Assembly (NCBI GenBank): GCA_043228905.1
Contig: JBHGNT010000018.1
Location: forward strand, 1,674,001 to 1,738,000
From: Azolla caroliniana
Taxonomy: Eukaryota > Plantae > Polypodiophyta
Reading direction: 5' to 3'
DNA: 64,000 nucleotides
Positions within the stretch are counted from its first letter, which is position 1; each line of letters starts with the position of its first letter. Under the pieces are notes generated by a model, which ran no database searches, was not told the origin of the DNA, and saw only the letters and a program-made list of their open reading frames with translations. Position numbers and translations under genes: made by a program. Positions 34,001-45,689 of this stretch are shown here, piece after piece.

Positions 34001-37000
34001 AACAATCACATTTAAAATGACCTTTTTTGCCACAGTGATGGCATTCTACATCTTTACCACGTGATTTACTACGGCCATAACTATCAGATTTGCCTAGAGG
34101 ACTTATTGGATGCATTATTTTGCCGACTCATCTCTTCCATGAGTAGAGAACTCTCTACATCGGCATAAAGAAGCATCGCATTTGAATTGCTCATAGCAGT
34201 CCTGAAAGTATCCCAACTTTCTGGCAAGGTGCAAAGTAAAAACGTGGCCTTAAACTCATCATCAATGATGAATTTCAAGGCAATCAACTGGCTGAAAATG
34301 GAATTGAACTCACTCAGGTGAGTTGACATGGGTGTGCCCTCTGTCATACGCAAATCCATAAGTTTCTTAAGCCAATAAACTTTGCTAGCTGCCGTCTTTT
34401 GGGCATATAGTTCCTCTAGTCTAATCCATATAGAATAGGCGGAGTCCAAACCTTCGATATTAAAAAGCAAGGTATCAGAAATCGACAACTCAATAGTCGA
34501 GCATGTAAGCTCATTCAACTCTTGCCAATCATCTTCGTCCATATCTATAGGCTTTACCCCTTTGACTTTTATAGGCTTTGCATGCTTCTTTTGCAGCAAG
34601 ATGTTGTAGCACTGCTTTTTCCAAACCGCAAAGTTATGTGCACCCTCAAGCTTCTTGATGTGCATAAGGTGGCTACTTTCACTGCTGCTAGTCATGATTT
34701 TAGCCCAAACAGAGGACCAAACCTACATTGCAGAAAACGTGACCTACTCTGCAGAAACCCTAAACTCTGCTCTGCAGAAACCCTAATCTCTGCTCTGCAG
34801 AAAACCCTAATCTCTGCTCTGCAGAAAACCTTAAACTCTGCTCTGCAGAAAACCTTAAACTCTGCCTGCAGAAAACCCTAAACTTTTCTCTGCATAAAAC
34901 CCTAAACCTTGGCTCTGATACCAGTTTGAAGGCAGCACAAGGATTAGGGTTTAGGTCAAAAACAGAGAGGGAGAGAGTCTGAGTGAGAGAGAGAGATGCT
35001 GAGAGAGAGATGCACGCTGTCTTGGGTACAAAAGAGTACCTCTTTTTTGGTTTTTAGATATTATGTATATACAACTCAAAAGTGTGCTACGAGTGCGTTC
35101 ACACTCGTGCACTAATAAAAGGCACAATGGCCCTTTATTCCCAACATATAGGCAGATGAATAGATACACTTGAGAACTATGAAATGTCCACAAAATCATG
35201 GTACTAATTTAGCACACTTACCTGTAGACAACGTCGTCAAGTAATGAGGCACACATAAAATCTCTTTTCGTCTAGGGAGAAATATACAGGAGTGTCAATG
35301 CTGGTCAGTATAAAACGAGCTCCATCCTGAGCCGTTTTTACATTATCCCCAGCTATATGCAACATGTCTTGCATATTCCTAAGAAAGCTTGGCGACTTTG
35401 TAGCTCATCATGATGAATGTTGACATCAATCAGGGCATGTGGCTGAAAACTATACATTTAGCATAAAAGAACTATATCCAGTTCATGTATGTTTGGGGCT
35501 ATTATAAGCGAACTCCAAAATAGGAAGATATTGTTCCCATTTAATAAGCGTCTTAGTGACATATGCTTGAAGCATATCTTTAATGATTTGATTAACTCGA
35601 TCCCACAACTACAGTTAATGGTTATGTTCATAATAGATTCCCACACCCCTAATAGATTCATAATACAACCCAACAAAATTGTAACAATGATTCATTGGTG
35701 GGATAAAACGTTTTGCAAATGAATATGAAATCCCTAGTACTCCATATGTCAAAAGATTTAAGAGAACTGAGGCTTAGCTCTTTAGTAGTAAATTTTGTTC
35801 ACCGCTCATAAAACATAGGATGACAACATTGAGAAAACCGATCCTCATTCTTTTAAAAGAAGACATCTTAGAATTATCTAACCCAAACACTAGATTTTTA
35901 TATATGGCGTTGTTTAAAACCATTTATATGCTCCTTGTAGCTAGCATGAATTATAATCTTTCACACTATTCTTTGAAATATTCAATTTTTTGGTACTTCT
36001 TTATGTTTGGTCAACCCACACAAACAGACCCAACTGAATTTGAAGCATCAAATTTTTTTTAAACAATACTATAAAAAAAGAAAGTGGTATTGATTAAGCA
36101 ACATGATTAAGAAAGTGGTATTGTTGTAATTGTGCATATGACAATTGAGAGAAAATTTATAATAATACCTTTATGTCAGCCTGTGAATATGTACCAGCTT
36201 TTGAACTGCAAATAAAAAAATCAGAATAAAAATATGAACATTTGCAGCCATTTATTACAAAAATAAGGAAAAAGGCCACAGAATAATACTCATCGAGGCC
36301 TAAGGCTCTGAGATGATGGGCACTAGGAGATCTTGAAGGCCGTTGGAATGTTTGAAATCTGTTTTGTTCAGCAGCTTTCCATGCATCCCAATCTGATTTG
36401 GTCCATGACCAGTCATCCCGGACACCTTGGCTAGGATCAATTTTCTCACCGCTTTCATGCCATTTCTCATAGCCTCGAGTATGGTGTGCTCTTTCCCTTT
36501 GAAAAGCTTCTGCCATCCGTCTAACACGCTCCTGGGAGCCTTTTATGTGAGCATTGATCACTAAGTTTAACCATTGCAAAGAATTAGGAAACAGTAAGTA
36601 AAAATACTTACCAATCTCTCTAATTCTTCCTTGTCAAAGAAACGATTCCCAAACAAACGTGGCCAAGTATCATCAGTCTCTCCAGCATCCCTATGAACAA
36701 AGGTTTCTCTCTTCACAGTGCGAAACCCATCAGATGTCCAATATGTAAAGCGGTAACTTCTAGTGCCACTGGTACCATCACTGAAACCATGCATTCCACT
36801 ACCACTTCCAGATGCATTATTAGAATGAGATCTTCCATTACTAGGACCAGCAGCTCCACTTCTAGAATAAGCCTTCCATTTAAAGGAATTGAGTTAGTGT
36901 CTGCGATACAAGAATCTCTCTCTCCTACAGAAGATGGACTCAAGTTTTTACACCAAACTTACTCCTCAAAGGGACCAAGAAATGAACTTCGGATAATCTC

Positions 37001-37003
37001 ACC
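25070..37003 (-). CDS. J-domain (DnaJ type III, C-terminal J domain) protein; 5' end unresolved
   Basis: Exons 36963-37003 (tentative), 36612-36861, 36290-36531, 36169-36205, 26734-26791 and 25070-25128 join in frame to ...ERVRRMAEAFQRER...HHLRALGLDDSKAGTYSQADIK|AAYRAKAMEYHPDRNQHRK|DFAEAKFREVNAAYEALKK*, with an intact HPD motif. The upstream exon(s) are unclear and lie close to the assembly gap. Confidence 0.85.
25340..25885. repeat. ~190-bp tandem duplication (two full copies plus one partial)
   Basis: TTTTAAGTTTCAGAC.AAGGAC.ATG.TAATAATTGAAATGGAAAACATGCATA...CCTAAAAAATGGCCTCACAAATTTACTT...CATTGGCAAATGGT at ~25503-25693 and ~25694-25883. Confidence 0.85.
25980..26620 (-). mobile_element. Degenerate copia RT/RNase H relic in the last J-protein intron
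   Basis: Minus-strand patches IGSLMI (~26530-26555) and TKGLSS (~26138-26156) resemble the copia RT end and RNase H end. Confidence 0.4.
27564..27950 (+). mobile_element. Truncated copia: 5' LTR (27564-27749) and PBS, related to the element at 30392-35146 but in opposite orientation
   Basis: Starts T(C)TTGGGAATAAAGGGCCAT..TGC.TTTTATT, like the reverse complement of the large element's LTR. Ends CCTTCA, followed by the Met-tRNA PBS TGGTATCAGA at 27753. Confidence 0.7.
28150..29270 (+). mobile_element. Degenerate L1-type LINE relic
   Basis: Patches resembling the post-RT region (CKERN/GKEYADQ at ~28855) and the zf-RVT region (GLPTR...CHAC at ~29024-29090); many disruptions. Confidence 0.4.
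30392..30599 (-). repeat. 3' LTR of the copia element
   Basis: Matches 34927-35146 except for 5 substitutions and two indels (14 bp and 2 bp), counted by eye. Confidence 0.95.
30694..34695 (-). pseudogene. Copia gag-pol polyprotein broken into about six ORF pieces
   Basis: gag 34084-34695; CHHCGKKGH and WILDSGASFH in 33696-34115; LWHGRLGH in 33326-33883; integrase (LRSDNGGEY, PPQNGVAER) in 32915-33220; 32198-32899; RT (QMDVKTAFLHG, LYVDDML) and RNase H (DADYAG, AEY, CDSQSAI, ADLLTK) in 30694-32349. Confidence 0.92.
34747..34910. repeat. Seven 23-24-bp tandem units containing telomere-like AAACCCTAA in the copia leader
   Basis: CTCTGCAGAAA(A)CC(C/T)TAA(A/T)CTCTG is repeated between the PBS and the gag ATG. 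Confidence 0.9.
34927..35146 (-). repeat. 5' LTR of the copia element
   Basis: Adjacent to the PBS and followed by the TSD TATAG. Confidence 0.95.
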
Positions 37004-37612
37004 CTAAACCAACTTAAAACCAGAAGTAAGCAACTCAAGAACATGCATCAAGTCAAAGTGGCCAAGCAAACATTCAAGAGTTCAGATTTCTAGAACTCTT
37101 GACACCCCCTATAATTTGCTTATTTATTATATTTACTTTTTTACTCAACAGAAGACAAAATTGGTTGACAGTCAGGGAAAACACCAAGACTGTCTTCGCC
37201 AGAGGAGATGGTTTCATTAATCAATATTTTGATATGACAAATGCTGCCAGTATACTTCCTCAACACAATCCCAAAAGGAAACCCTGCAAAAGTGAGGAAG
37301 CACACTCTTTGCCTATCCTAATTACTATCACCAAGGGTTCAAGGGTGACAACTGCCTTGAAACTACAAACTTTAAAAGAACGGTAAAAATGACTAGCTAC
37401 GAAAATCACCCATTAAAAACAGCAAACAATAAAATGACGAAAATCAGTAAGGCAAAAAACAATTGATAACAAAATAAGCTTCTCAAATATATTAGCAGAG
37501 CAAAAGTGTATTTGGACATTTTAGGCTCCGATTTTCTTCCTCGTGAACTACCAACATGAAAAGAATCTGATTGAAATACATAGCATATTGCGATTCCTTT
37601 AGGCAACCAAAT

Positions 37613-37712
37613 NNNNNNNNNNNNNNNNNNNNNNNNNNNNNNNNNNNNNNNNNNNNNNNNNNNNNNNNNNNNNNNNNNNNNNNNNNNNNNNNNNNNNNNN
37701 NNNNNNNNNNNN
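37613..37712. other. Assembly gap (100 N)
   Basis: Run of Ns. Confidence 1.
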
Positions 37713-38030
37713 AAAAATTTCAATGGCGACATGTTTGTGAATATTAGAAAGGTTATGGTTAACATTTTGTAGCTTATTCTCTCGATGTTGTTTAAGCTCT
37801 AAGATATACCTACCTAGCGTCTTCATATTTATCTAATAGTTGGGAGAAGGTCCTAGTATGTCTTGGTATTTTTCCCTTATCTTGACATAAGGTGGACACT
37901 TGCATGTAGAGTGATATAATCTACATATCCTTTCCTCTCTAGGGATTCCATTACCACAACCATTCTCAATCTCAAGTTTACAAACATAATTGGTTACATG
38001 TTGCATCAAGTTTGACACATCACTTCACAA
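37713..38030 (-). mobile_element. RTE-like LINE 3' fragment
   Basis: KLEIENGCGNGIPREERICRL..CKCPPYVKIREKYQDIL resembles the Cys-rich C-terminus of RTE-type ORFs. Its tail is shared with 560-715. Confidence 0.65.
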
Positions 38031-38821
38031 ATTGTATGTGCTCGACCAAAGACCATGGAAGTCAATAATGGATTGATTCCTCCTTATATGTTGCTTTGTC
38101 ACAATACATAGTGAGGTCATCGGGAGTGGGAGAACACCTAATCTAACAACTAATCAAAAGTGGAGATCCATATTGGAGAGACTTTCGATTGATAATAAGC
38201 TCATAAGTTGCTAACACCTTATCTATTAAGTTTCAAAGGTATGGTTCAAACAAAACATGGTGGCCATAGACACCTCAAACACCCCAAACAACATTTGTTC
38301 ACCGTTTGTCATCCACTACAAAGATTAAGACATGTAAGAAAATTTCCCAAGTGAATAGTGAATACACAGGCGTCTACATCATCAAATTCCATGACAATTG
38401 ACCAGAATAGTTGCATGCTTACATTTTATTTTCAGCAGCCATAAGCATATTACTCCAAATTTACAAATTTCCACTCGAGGATTACAAAAAACACCAAAAC
38501 ATGTTAAAGAAGAAATACATCGCATAAATCATAGGAGGCTCAATTACTCTAGCATTGCTAAATATAAAGGTAAAATTTACAGGCAGTTAAGCAGCAACCC
38601 CTTGTTACATAGAAACGGGTAGAAAAAGTACCCAACACTATTAGACTGAATTTAGGGAGATGACACTAGTAGCAGCTACTCAGATGGGATTTTGTTCATA
38701 ATGCATGAGCCACTGGAACTACTACTAGCCTAAATAAAAGAATTAACCATCAAGATGTACAAGCAGTCAAGTAAAAATTTGTTTTAGAAGTTGGATCTAG
38801 CCTTTGAAAAGCACACTCAAA

Positions 38822-41800
38822 CTAACAATTGATGCCACATTGAGCGAGATTCGGACCCGTAACCCTAATCAGAAATGGATCTATCTTGACCCATAACAAC
38901 GAGAAAATGGATGCCAGTAAGACGGACCATACAATAACAATGGTTGGTGTCCTGTTCTGCCTCCCCATGAGGCCCTTTAGAAAAGGATATAAGTGAACAA
39001 TCACCCAAAATGCAAAGAATAGCTTCCCGAACAAAGGTCCCCAAGAAGAGTAGCCATTAGTAACCGCATCCGAGATCCCAGCAACAACTGCCACCAAATT
39101 GATAACCAGTAATGTTGTCGGTGGAACAAGCAAAGATGTCCATTTGAATAGATAAAGCTCAGCAAATTGGTCTTGATCATCTGATCCTTTTGAAGTGACT
39201 GTAAAGTTTGTGTCGATGCCTCCTAAGACCTTCAAGACACCTTGGATAACAGCAAAAAGATGGGCTGAGACACCGCCAATGACCCAAAATTGTTCATTTC
39301 TCCACCATTCTTCAATTCCCACCCCACTCCATCGCATTTCAAGGATGCCCGTTGCAATGATAGACACGAAAAGGCCAATAAACCAAATACTTGCAAAGTT
39401 GCTAATCTGCACTCCAATATGGAAACAGAAACATGAGAAGATATCAAAAATAATTTCTTAGTATTATGATGATATATCAAAACTGCCCTTCCTAGCTTCT
39501 AAAATATCAGAATCTCTCAGGTCAACGAAAACTGGGATTTTGGCATTCCTTGAGAGGAATTTTACTATTTCTAGAGAGCGAGGAAATATTTACTACTAAC
39601 AACATCAGGAATCATCCATACAATATATTCATTATAACTCCATAATGTTATAATAATTCATCTAATCCTTCCAGGGAACTCAAATATCAGCTATGCCATG
39701 ATTCCCTCGCACAAGTCACGTGAGAAATTTTGAAATCTCCGTTTCCATGACCCAAAGGCTAGTTGAGTATATTTTAGGAACTAGTAAGGAACTCTCTCAA
39801 TGTTTTATAGTATTACAGTATTTGTAATATTTTCTCTATAGCTTTATTTATTTAAATACAAAATTGCAGGACAAATTTTCAAACTCTCATTACCGAAGGG
39901 ATGATGAATTTTCCCGTCAATAGACAAATGGCCGGCAACGTGCAGTACACCAGGAGGGGAATTGAGGTGAGGGGGTAGACAATACTGTTAACATATGCAA
40001 ACCTCTCCAGGAACTTCAAGCCACCACCATAACCATACCACAGCGGGCAATGCCGGCTCAGAAATATCTCAACTGAACCTAAAGCCCATCGAAGCACTTG
40101 ATTAAGACGATCAGAAAGATTGATTGGAGCAGACCCTTTGAAAGCAGGCCGACAGGGCATACAATACACCGACCTCCATCCACGAGTATGCATTTTAAAT
40201 CCTGTCAGAATATCTTCAGTGACTGACCCATAAATCCATCCAATCTGCAGAAACTCATAACAATAAGTTTGTGTATATAATGGTTTTCACCATGTAAGAT
40301 GGTTATGTAGTTTCACAACTTGTAACATAAGAACAAAGCCTTCTACTAATCACCTCTCGACCCCAATCAGTCTTGTCTTCGTATCCACAACTAATGACAT
40401 GAATGGCTTCCTTCAGGAGTCCTGCCGGACTTGAGGAAGGTGGAACCCCTCCCTCCTCCAATAATGTCGATGCAAGAAAAACCGGAGATTGCCCGAATCG
40501 TTTCTCGAAGTTCTTCTTTGACATGAGAAGTGACTTGTCGTCATCATAGCCTAACAACAAGAATATCAATTAACAGAACGTTGCCAATAGTAAATACAGC
40601 CTTCAATTGATGGAACATAACCACTTCATGATTTACCTTCCAATCCCTCCTCAATATCCTCCAAGTTGAACGTGGGTACATTCGAATCTGATCTACCAGG
40701 TGGTTTCTTTTTTTCAACATTGTTAGCCTTTGTAGACTTCACTTTGTCACGGCGAGATCCACCACACCATCCACGCAAGCAATCATATGCCACTGACTTT
40801 TTTTTTAGTTGAGCAGGAGGATCATATCCATACAAAGCTTGCCTTCTGAAGACACAACCAGTACCAACATACATAGGACCTTGGATCCCATCTAAACCCT
40901 TCATGTTGATCTGAAAAGAATGGAGAATTAAGAAACAGGATAGATGCAGCTAAAAGGTATAATCATTTAGAAAACTTAAAAAAACTTAGTGTTGGATGAC
41001 TCACATCAAAAAACACCGTGTTGCGATTGGCATATCGATCATTAAGATCAATACCATCAAATCTCTGAGGAAACTGAACATAACAGACTTTGCGACCTAC
41101 TGTAGGATCCATCATGAAGCACATGGCTTCCCTCAGAGCCTTACTATTGTTAATGTAGTGATCACAGTCCAAGTTGAGGAAGTAGGGAGCATTTGTAAGA
41201 ACTGCAGAAACTCTTACCTGCAGTAATAATCACACGCAACTTCAACCATATATAACTTGTTATCGACAAATTAAACCATTATCAATGGACACCAAAGATG
41301 CTTCCCTCACTTCAGATAAGTCACCATCTTAGATCGGCCCTTGTTGAAGTTCTTCATAGGGCCAAAACGTCCGTCTAAGCTCAAAATATTATGTGCTTCG
41401 TTAACGAGAAAATGTATTACCTAAGTCATGTTCACTAATCTAGTTATTTTGGTTTGAAGTTCTCATAGCTCAGACTATCTTTTAAGATGCAAGTTCTGAT
41501 TCAGTCTCATAGGCCATTTTGACCTCTTAAAATATGCTAGCATATTTTTCTTACCTCACTTTAATATACTCTCTGAAGTACTGAAGAACGTACCAAGGCA
41601 TTCATGGCACCAGCCTTTTTATGATGACTAAATCCAGGTCTTTTCTCTCGAGAGACATATACAAGACGAGGTAGCTCGTTGCCTTCTGAATCAAGACCTC
41701 CACTATGACCCAAAAATACCTGTACCCATTCATTTGTTCATATAAGATGTTGAATAAATGACTCAACTTTCCTATACCGATATTTGAGCCACTAGTCATC

Positions 41801-44800
41801 AGTTTACCTGTATCATTCCAGGATGGTCCCTTGTGTTGTTACCAGGCCATGGAGTTCCATCCTCCATTATCCAGCCTTCATCAGGTACCTTCTGAGCTTT
41901 AGCAGACAAAGCATTTACTCGCACTTTGAACTCTTCATACTCCCTCTGAAGCAAGTGGTTAACTTAAGACAAGTCCGACGCAAGAAATGTAATGTGTAAG
42001 AAAGTCAAAGGTGCAGCAAGGGATGAGAAATATACCTTCATAGCTCTCCGCTCTTTCACGAAGGAAATCTGTACCTTGTCCTTCAAAGGATCAATTTTCT
42101 GTGCGAAGTAAACTTCTGGTGCCCGTGGCTCAATGTTGAAATTCTTGCAAAACGGAACCCACTTTCGAGCAAATTCTGATGTCTCTGACAAAACTTCAAA
42201 CGTAAGCATTGCCGCACCATCATCTGACAAATAACAGGAAATCTTGTCCACTGGATAGTCAACGGCAAGAATGGAGAGGATCGTGTTGGCTGTAACTAGG
42301 GGAGGCTCTTTCGAAGGATCCACAGTACTCACAAACACATCTATAGCTGCCAGCTGAGATGGCTCTCCGTCTCTCTCATATCTGTCCAGTTTTAATATAT
42401 TTAGAAACTTTTCTTCCCTCCCAATCACCCTTTCAAACTAGGGTTTAGATACTACGAGCACATAAAAAGTCATCTTACCTCAAGGAAAGCCGGTCTAAGT
42501 AAGTTTCTCTATTGATTGGAAACCACTTCGGAAATTGATCCAATATCCAGGAGAAGGCAAACCAGATCTCACACACGATAGAAGTAAGCCACAGTCCATA
42601 TGCATTTGATACTGGATTCAAAATCCGGTATCTGAAGAAGAATGCCAGTATAACAAGTCTAAGAACAATGACCATCCTGTATGGGTTTATCTTGCTAGAT
42701 GCGATGTTCACCTTTCTCGAAAGAGGTTGTCTTGCCTCGTCCATCCTGGTAGAAGCAGCATATACAAATGAGTTTAAGAAGAGGTTTCCCTCAACTTACC
42801 TGTGCCACACCTCCACTATCTTCAAAAATGAAAATAGATAAAACAGAAATGTAGAAGTAAGAAGCTTCATATGTACATGGATGTATCGGCCCCATCCACT
42901 CCGTTATCATCTACACTACCAGCTTTGCTCCCAGTACTAGGAGCAACACCATCAGTTGTAGTCATTTGTAACTTCTCTTGCCTAGATTTCCAGTTATCAA
43001 CTCTGTCTTTCCAAGCAACACTCCCATAACCATAAGCACTTGAAAGATCGCCAGATTTGCTAACACCTGAAGATACATTATCATGATACAATTCAGATCA
43101 AAGAAAATATGCAACAAACCTTCAGAAAAGGACTCAGATTCTCATCATTTACCAGGTGTCCCTGGATCCGAGTAAGGAAACGGATAAATCCTGTGGCTTC
43201 CATTGACACTATTGGATCCACCAAGGATGCTGTTATCCGGAGACATAGGTTGTGAATCAATGCGTGCCTGCAATTTTAGAGAACATAAGAATCCCAGATC
43301 ATAAATTTCTGTCATAAACCCTCGCTTTATACCTGAGGACCACTTGTAAACAAAGGTGTTTGGGGCTCAATTGTTTGCACCAACCGAGGCATGTCACGGT
43401 CATCTCCTCTGCCATAGCTCATATGACCATGGAGCATTGCCTCAGCAATTTGCTGTTTCTCATGGCTATCATAGTCTACGTCATACTCATCGTCCAGATC
43501 CTCAGCATCACCATAATCTTCATCTCCATGGACTTGAGGACTACCTGTCCACATGAAATGAGCATTTGATTTGTGAAATAAATGCAACAAATGAGCTTCA
43601 GCATAAGCAGCAAATCAGCCAAATCCAAGCTCGATGTGCTCCATTACAATCCATGACAGAACAAACTCTTGATTTTATTAGTGGAATCCCCCTTCAACGC
43701 AAACAACAAATCAGAGACACAAACAATCTCAGCAAAAGCAGCAAACCAGCAATGCAAATTGAAAATGGTTCCATGACGAAGCAAACACTTGGTTTTTTAA
43801 TAGAATCTGTGTTTGAGCTTCAAGGAAAGCAACAAATCAGCCAAAACCAAAACAGAGGGTTTACATCACAAATAAAAACGAATAAACACTTGTTTTTTTA
43901 ATAGAACCCGTGATTGAATTTCCATGGAAGGCCAAAACTCAGCCTATCCAAGCTCAAAGGGGTTATATAATAATCCATCATAGAAAAAAACACTTTATTT
44001 GGGAGCAACATAGAAGCGTAACTAAAGCTGAAGTGGATCATACAGTATCCATTTTTTAAACAGGACTAACCCAGGAAGAAAAAACAGTTTATTTGTGAAT
44101 AGAAGCCACAATTAAGCTTGAATGAAGACATAAAAACGAGCTAAACCCATGCTTTAACAGAAGACATTTTGCTTGAAGAGAACAAAAATTCTATAGCCAA
44201 TGACAGGGAAGCAAAACACAGAAAAATGAATTAACATTTCAAAGCAGTAAAAATGTCCCAATGAACCTCATCAACAGGATACAACTGAAATTGTCACCTA
44301 AGCTATGCCAACAATAAAGTTATAATTGAAAATCTTGTCTGATCTATGAGAGCACTGCGGTTTAAACTGAAATTAGAGCCTAATGTGTAAGAACAACGAT
44401 GGTATAAAACAATGAGGTTACAAAAATCAATGTCTAACCTGTGAGACCCAACAATGCAACTATAACTGAAATTGTATTCTAATTTATGAAACGTAAACAA
44501 TGAATCACAAATGACATCTTTATCTAAACTATGAGACCCGACCAATGTCATTAAAACTGAAATGGTTGTCTATCTATGACACCGAAACAATGAATTGACA
44601 ACTGCAATGGTTGTCTAAACTATAAGTGGAACTGTTTGTCTAGCCTGTGAGAACAATGAGATTACAACTGAAACTGTTGTCCAATCTATGAGAACAATGA
44701 GCAAAAAAAGAGAATAACTTTAAAGAGAGCGAGAAGAGACACAGGAAACAGAAAACAAAGACAATTCACCTTTGTGACGGATGTATCTGTTCTTGCAGTG

Positions 44801-44971
44801 TGGGCAAGCTTGGTTTCCATCTTTTCGTTCATATTCATAGCAGGGGCGACAAACAGGGAAGCTACAATGCACACAAGCAACAAATGGCTCAGCACAAGAA
44901 GGAGAAGAAGAACCCACGTCGTCTCCACAAATCTGGCACGTGCGCCTTGAGGAAACAGGAAAAGACGCCAT
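38822..44971 (-). CDS. CESA: Cellulose synthase catalytic subunit, 1071 aa, 13 exons
   Basis: GT-AG exons: 44770-44971, 43333-43544, 43153-43267, 42877-43066, 42479-42745, 42036-42381, 41808-41945, 41594-41719, 41005-41217, 40637-40910, 40354-40550, 39894-40244, 38822-39406 (3216 nt, in frame). N-terminal RING-type Zn domain, DDG, DCD, TED, QVLRW, FTVTSK, terminal CGINC. Confidence 0.98.
44270..44700. repeat. Degenerate ~40-bp minisatellite in CesA intron 1
   Basis: Recurrent (C)AACTGAAA(T)TGT..TCTA..CTATGAGA(C)CC..CAATG units. Confidence 0.6.
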
Positions 44972-45689
44972 TGTTTCTTCAGCAGGGAGACGGTAGAGAG
45001 AGAGTGTGTGTGTGAGCGACGGGGATGATAATGCAGGTGGAGTTAGTGACGATAGTAATGCTTCTCCATTCTTGTTCCCCGCAGGTCCCCCTGTTCTGAG
45101 ACTCGAAGAATTGGGAAATTAGGGTTTGCGAGGAGCTCTGTTACTGACTGACGGGGTGAAGAAGAAATGGCGGAAACGGGAAGAAACGACAAAAATACAA
45201 AAGGATAGAGACAGGGACAGAGAGAGAGAGAGATGATGTCGGTTCTAGAGAGTGGATGTGGGTTCTAGAGAGAGGATGTGAAGGAGAAAGAAAGAAGGTA
45301 GGGGTGGTAGATGTGGGGCATATACACAGAGACAAGAAAAGTACAAAGACAAAAAGGAAGGAAAAGACGAAGAAGAAGATAGTGAAGCGTGTGCGAGGAG
45401 CATCCCGAACGGGACCACTGTGGCCTATGAGACCAACACGATGTGTACACCTTATCACCTGTTCACTTGTATGGGAGAAATGATGACCACCGTAAAGAGA
45501 GACAGAGACAAAGAATGTGCGCGAGATATAGACAAAGACATGACCAAATACGGAGAGAGAGAGAGAGAGAGTGAAAGACAAAGATTGGACCAAACACGGA
45601 GAGAGAGAGAGAGAGAAAGATAAAGATAGGACCAAATACAAAGAGAGAGGGAGGGAGGGAGATGATGGAGGATGTTGGTTCTCACGTTT

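Larger units (their letters stand above)
30392..35146 (-). mobile_element. Full-length Ty1/copia LTR retrotransposon, 4755 bp, frameshifted gag-pol
   Basis: TG..CA LTRs at 30392-30599 (208 bp) and 34927-35146 (220 bp). 5-bp TSD TATAG at 30387-30391 and 35147-35151. PBS TGGTATCAGAGCC (34923-34911) and PPT AGGTGGGAGG (30610-30601). Domain order is gag, Zn knuckle, PR, IN, RT, RH. Confidence 0.97.
29690..35460 (-). mobile_element. Ty3/gypsy chromovirus relic (integrase C-terminus, chromodomain, probable 3' LTR), interrupted by the copia element
   Basis: The minus-strand frame is continuous across the copia TSD: KCAKLVP*FCGHFIVLKCIYSSAY|RLDLLAGIKVHLVFHVSCLK. It continues into a chromodomain-like EKILD*KTKHL..IQEFKIN*MDGSIEDAIWEQED. 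PPT-like AAAGAGGGGG at ~30110-30119. Confidence 0.75.

Noticed and set aside
34747-34910. CRISPR array or true telomere
   Set aside because: Head-to-tail units without unique spacers, internal to a retrotransposon in a eukaryote.
37145-37590. Candidate first exons of the J-protein gene (MKPSPLAK.., DSFHVGSSRG..)
   Set aside because: I could not join them in the correct phase with confident splice sites, and the adjacent gap leaves the 5' end open.
45141-45685. ORFs upstream of CesA
   Set aside because: CT/GA-rich promoter and leader sequence translated by chance.
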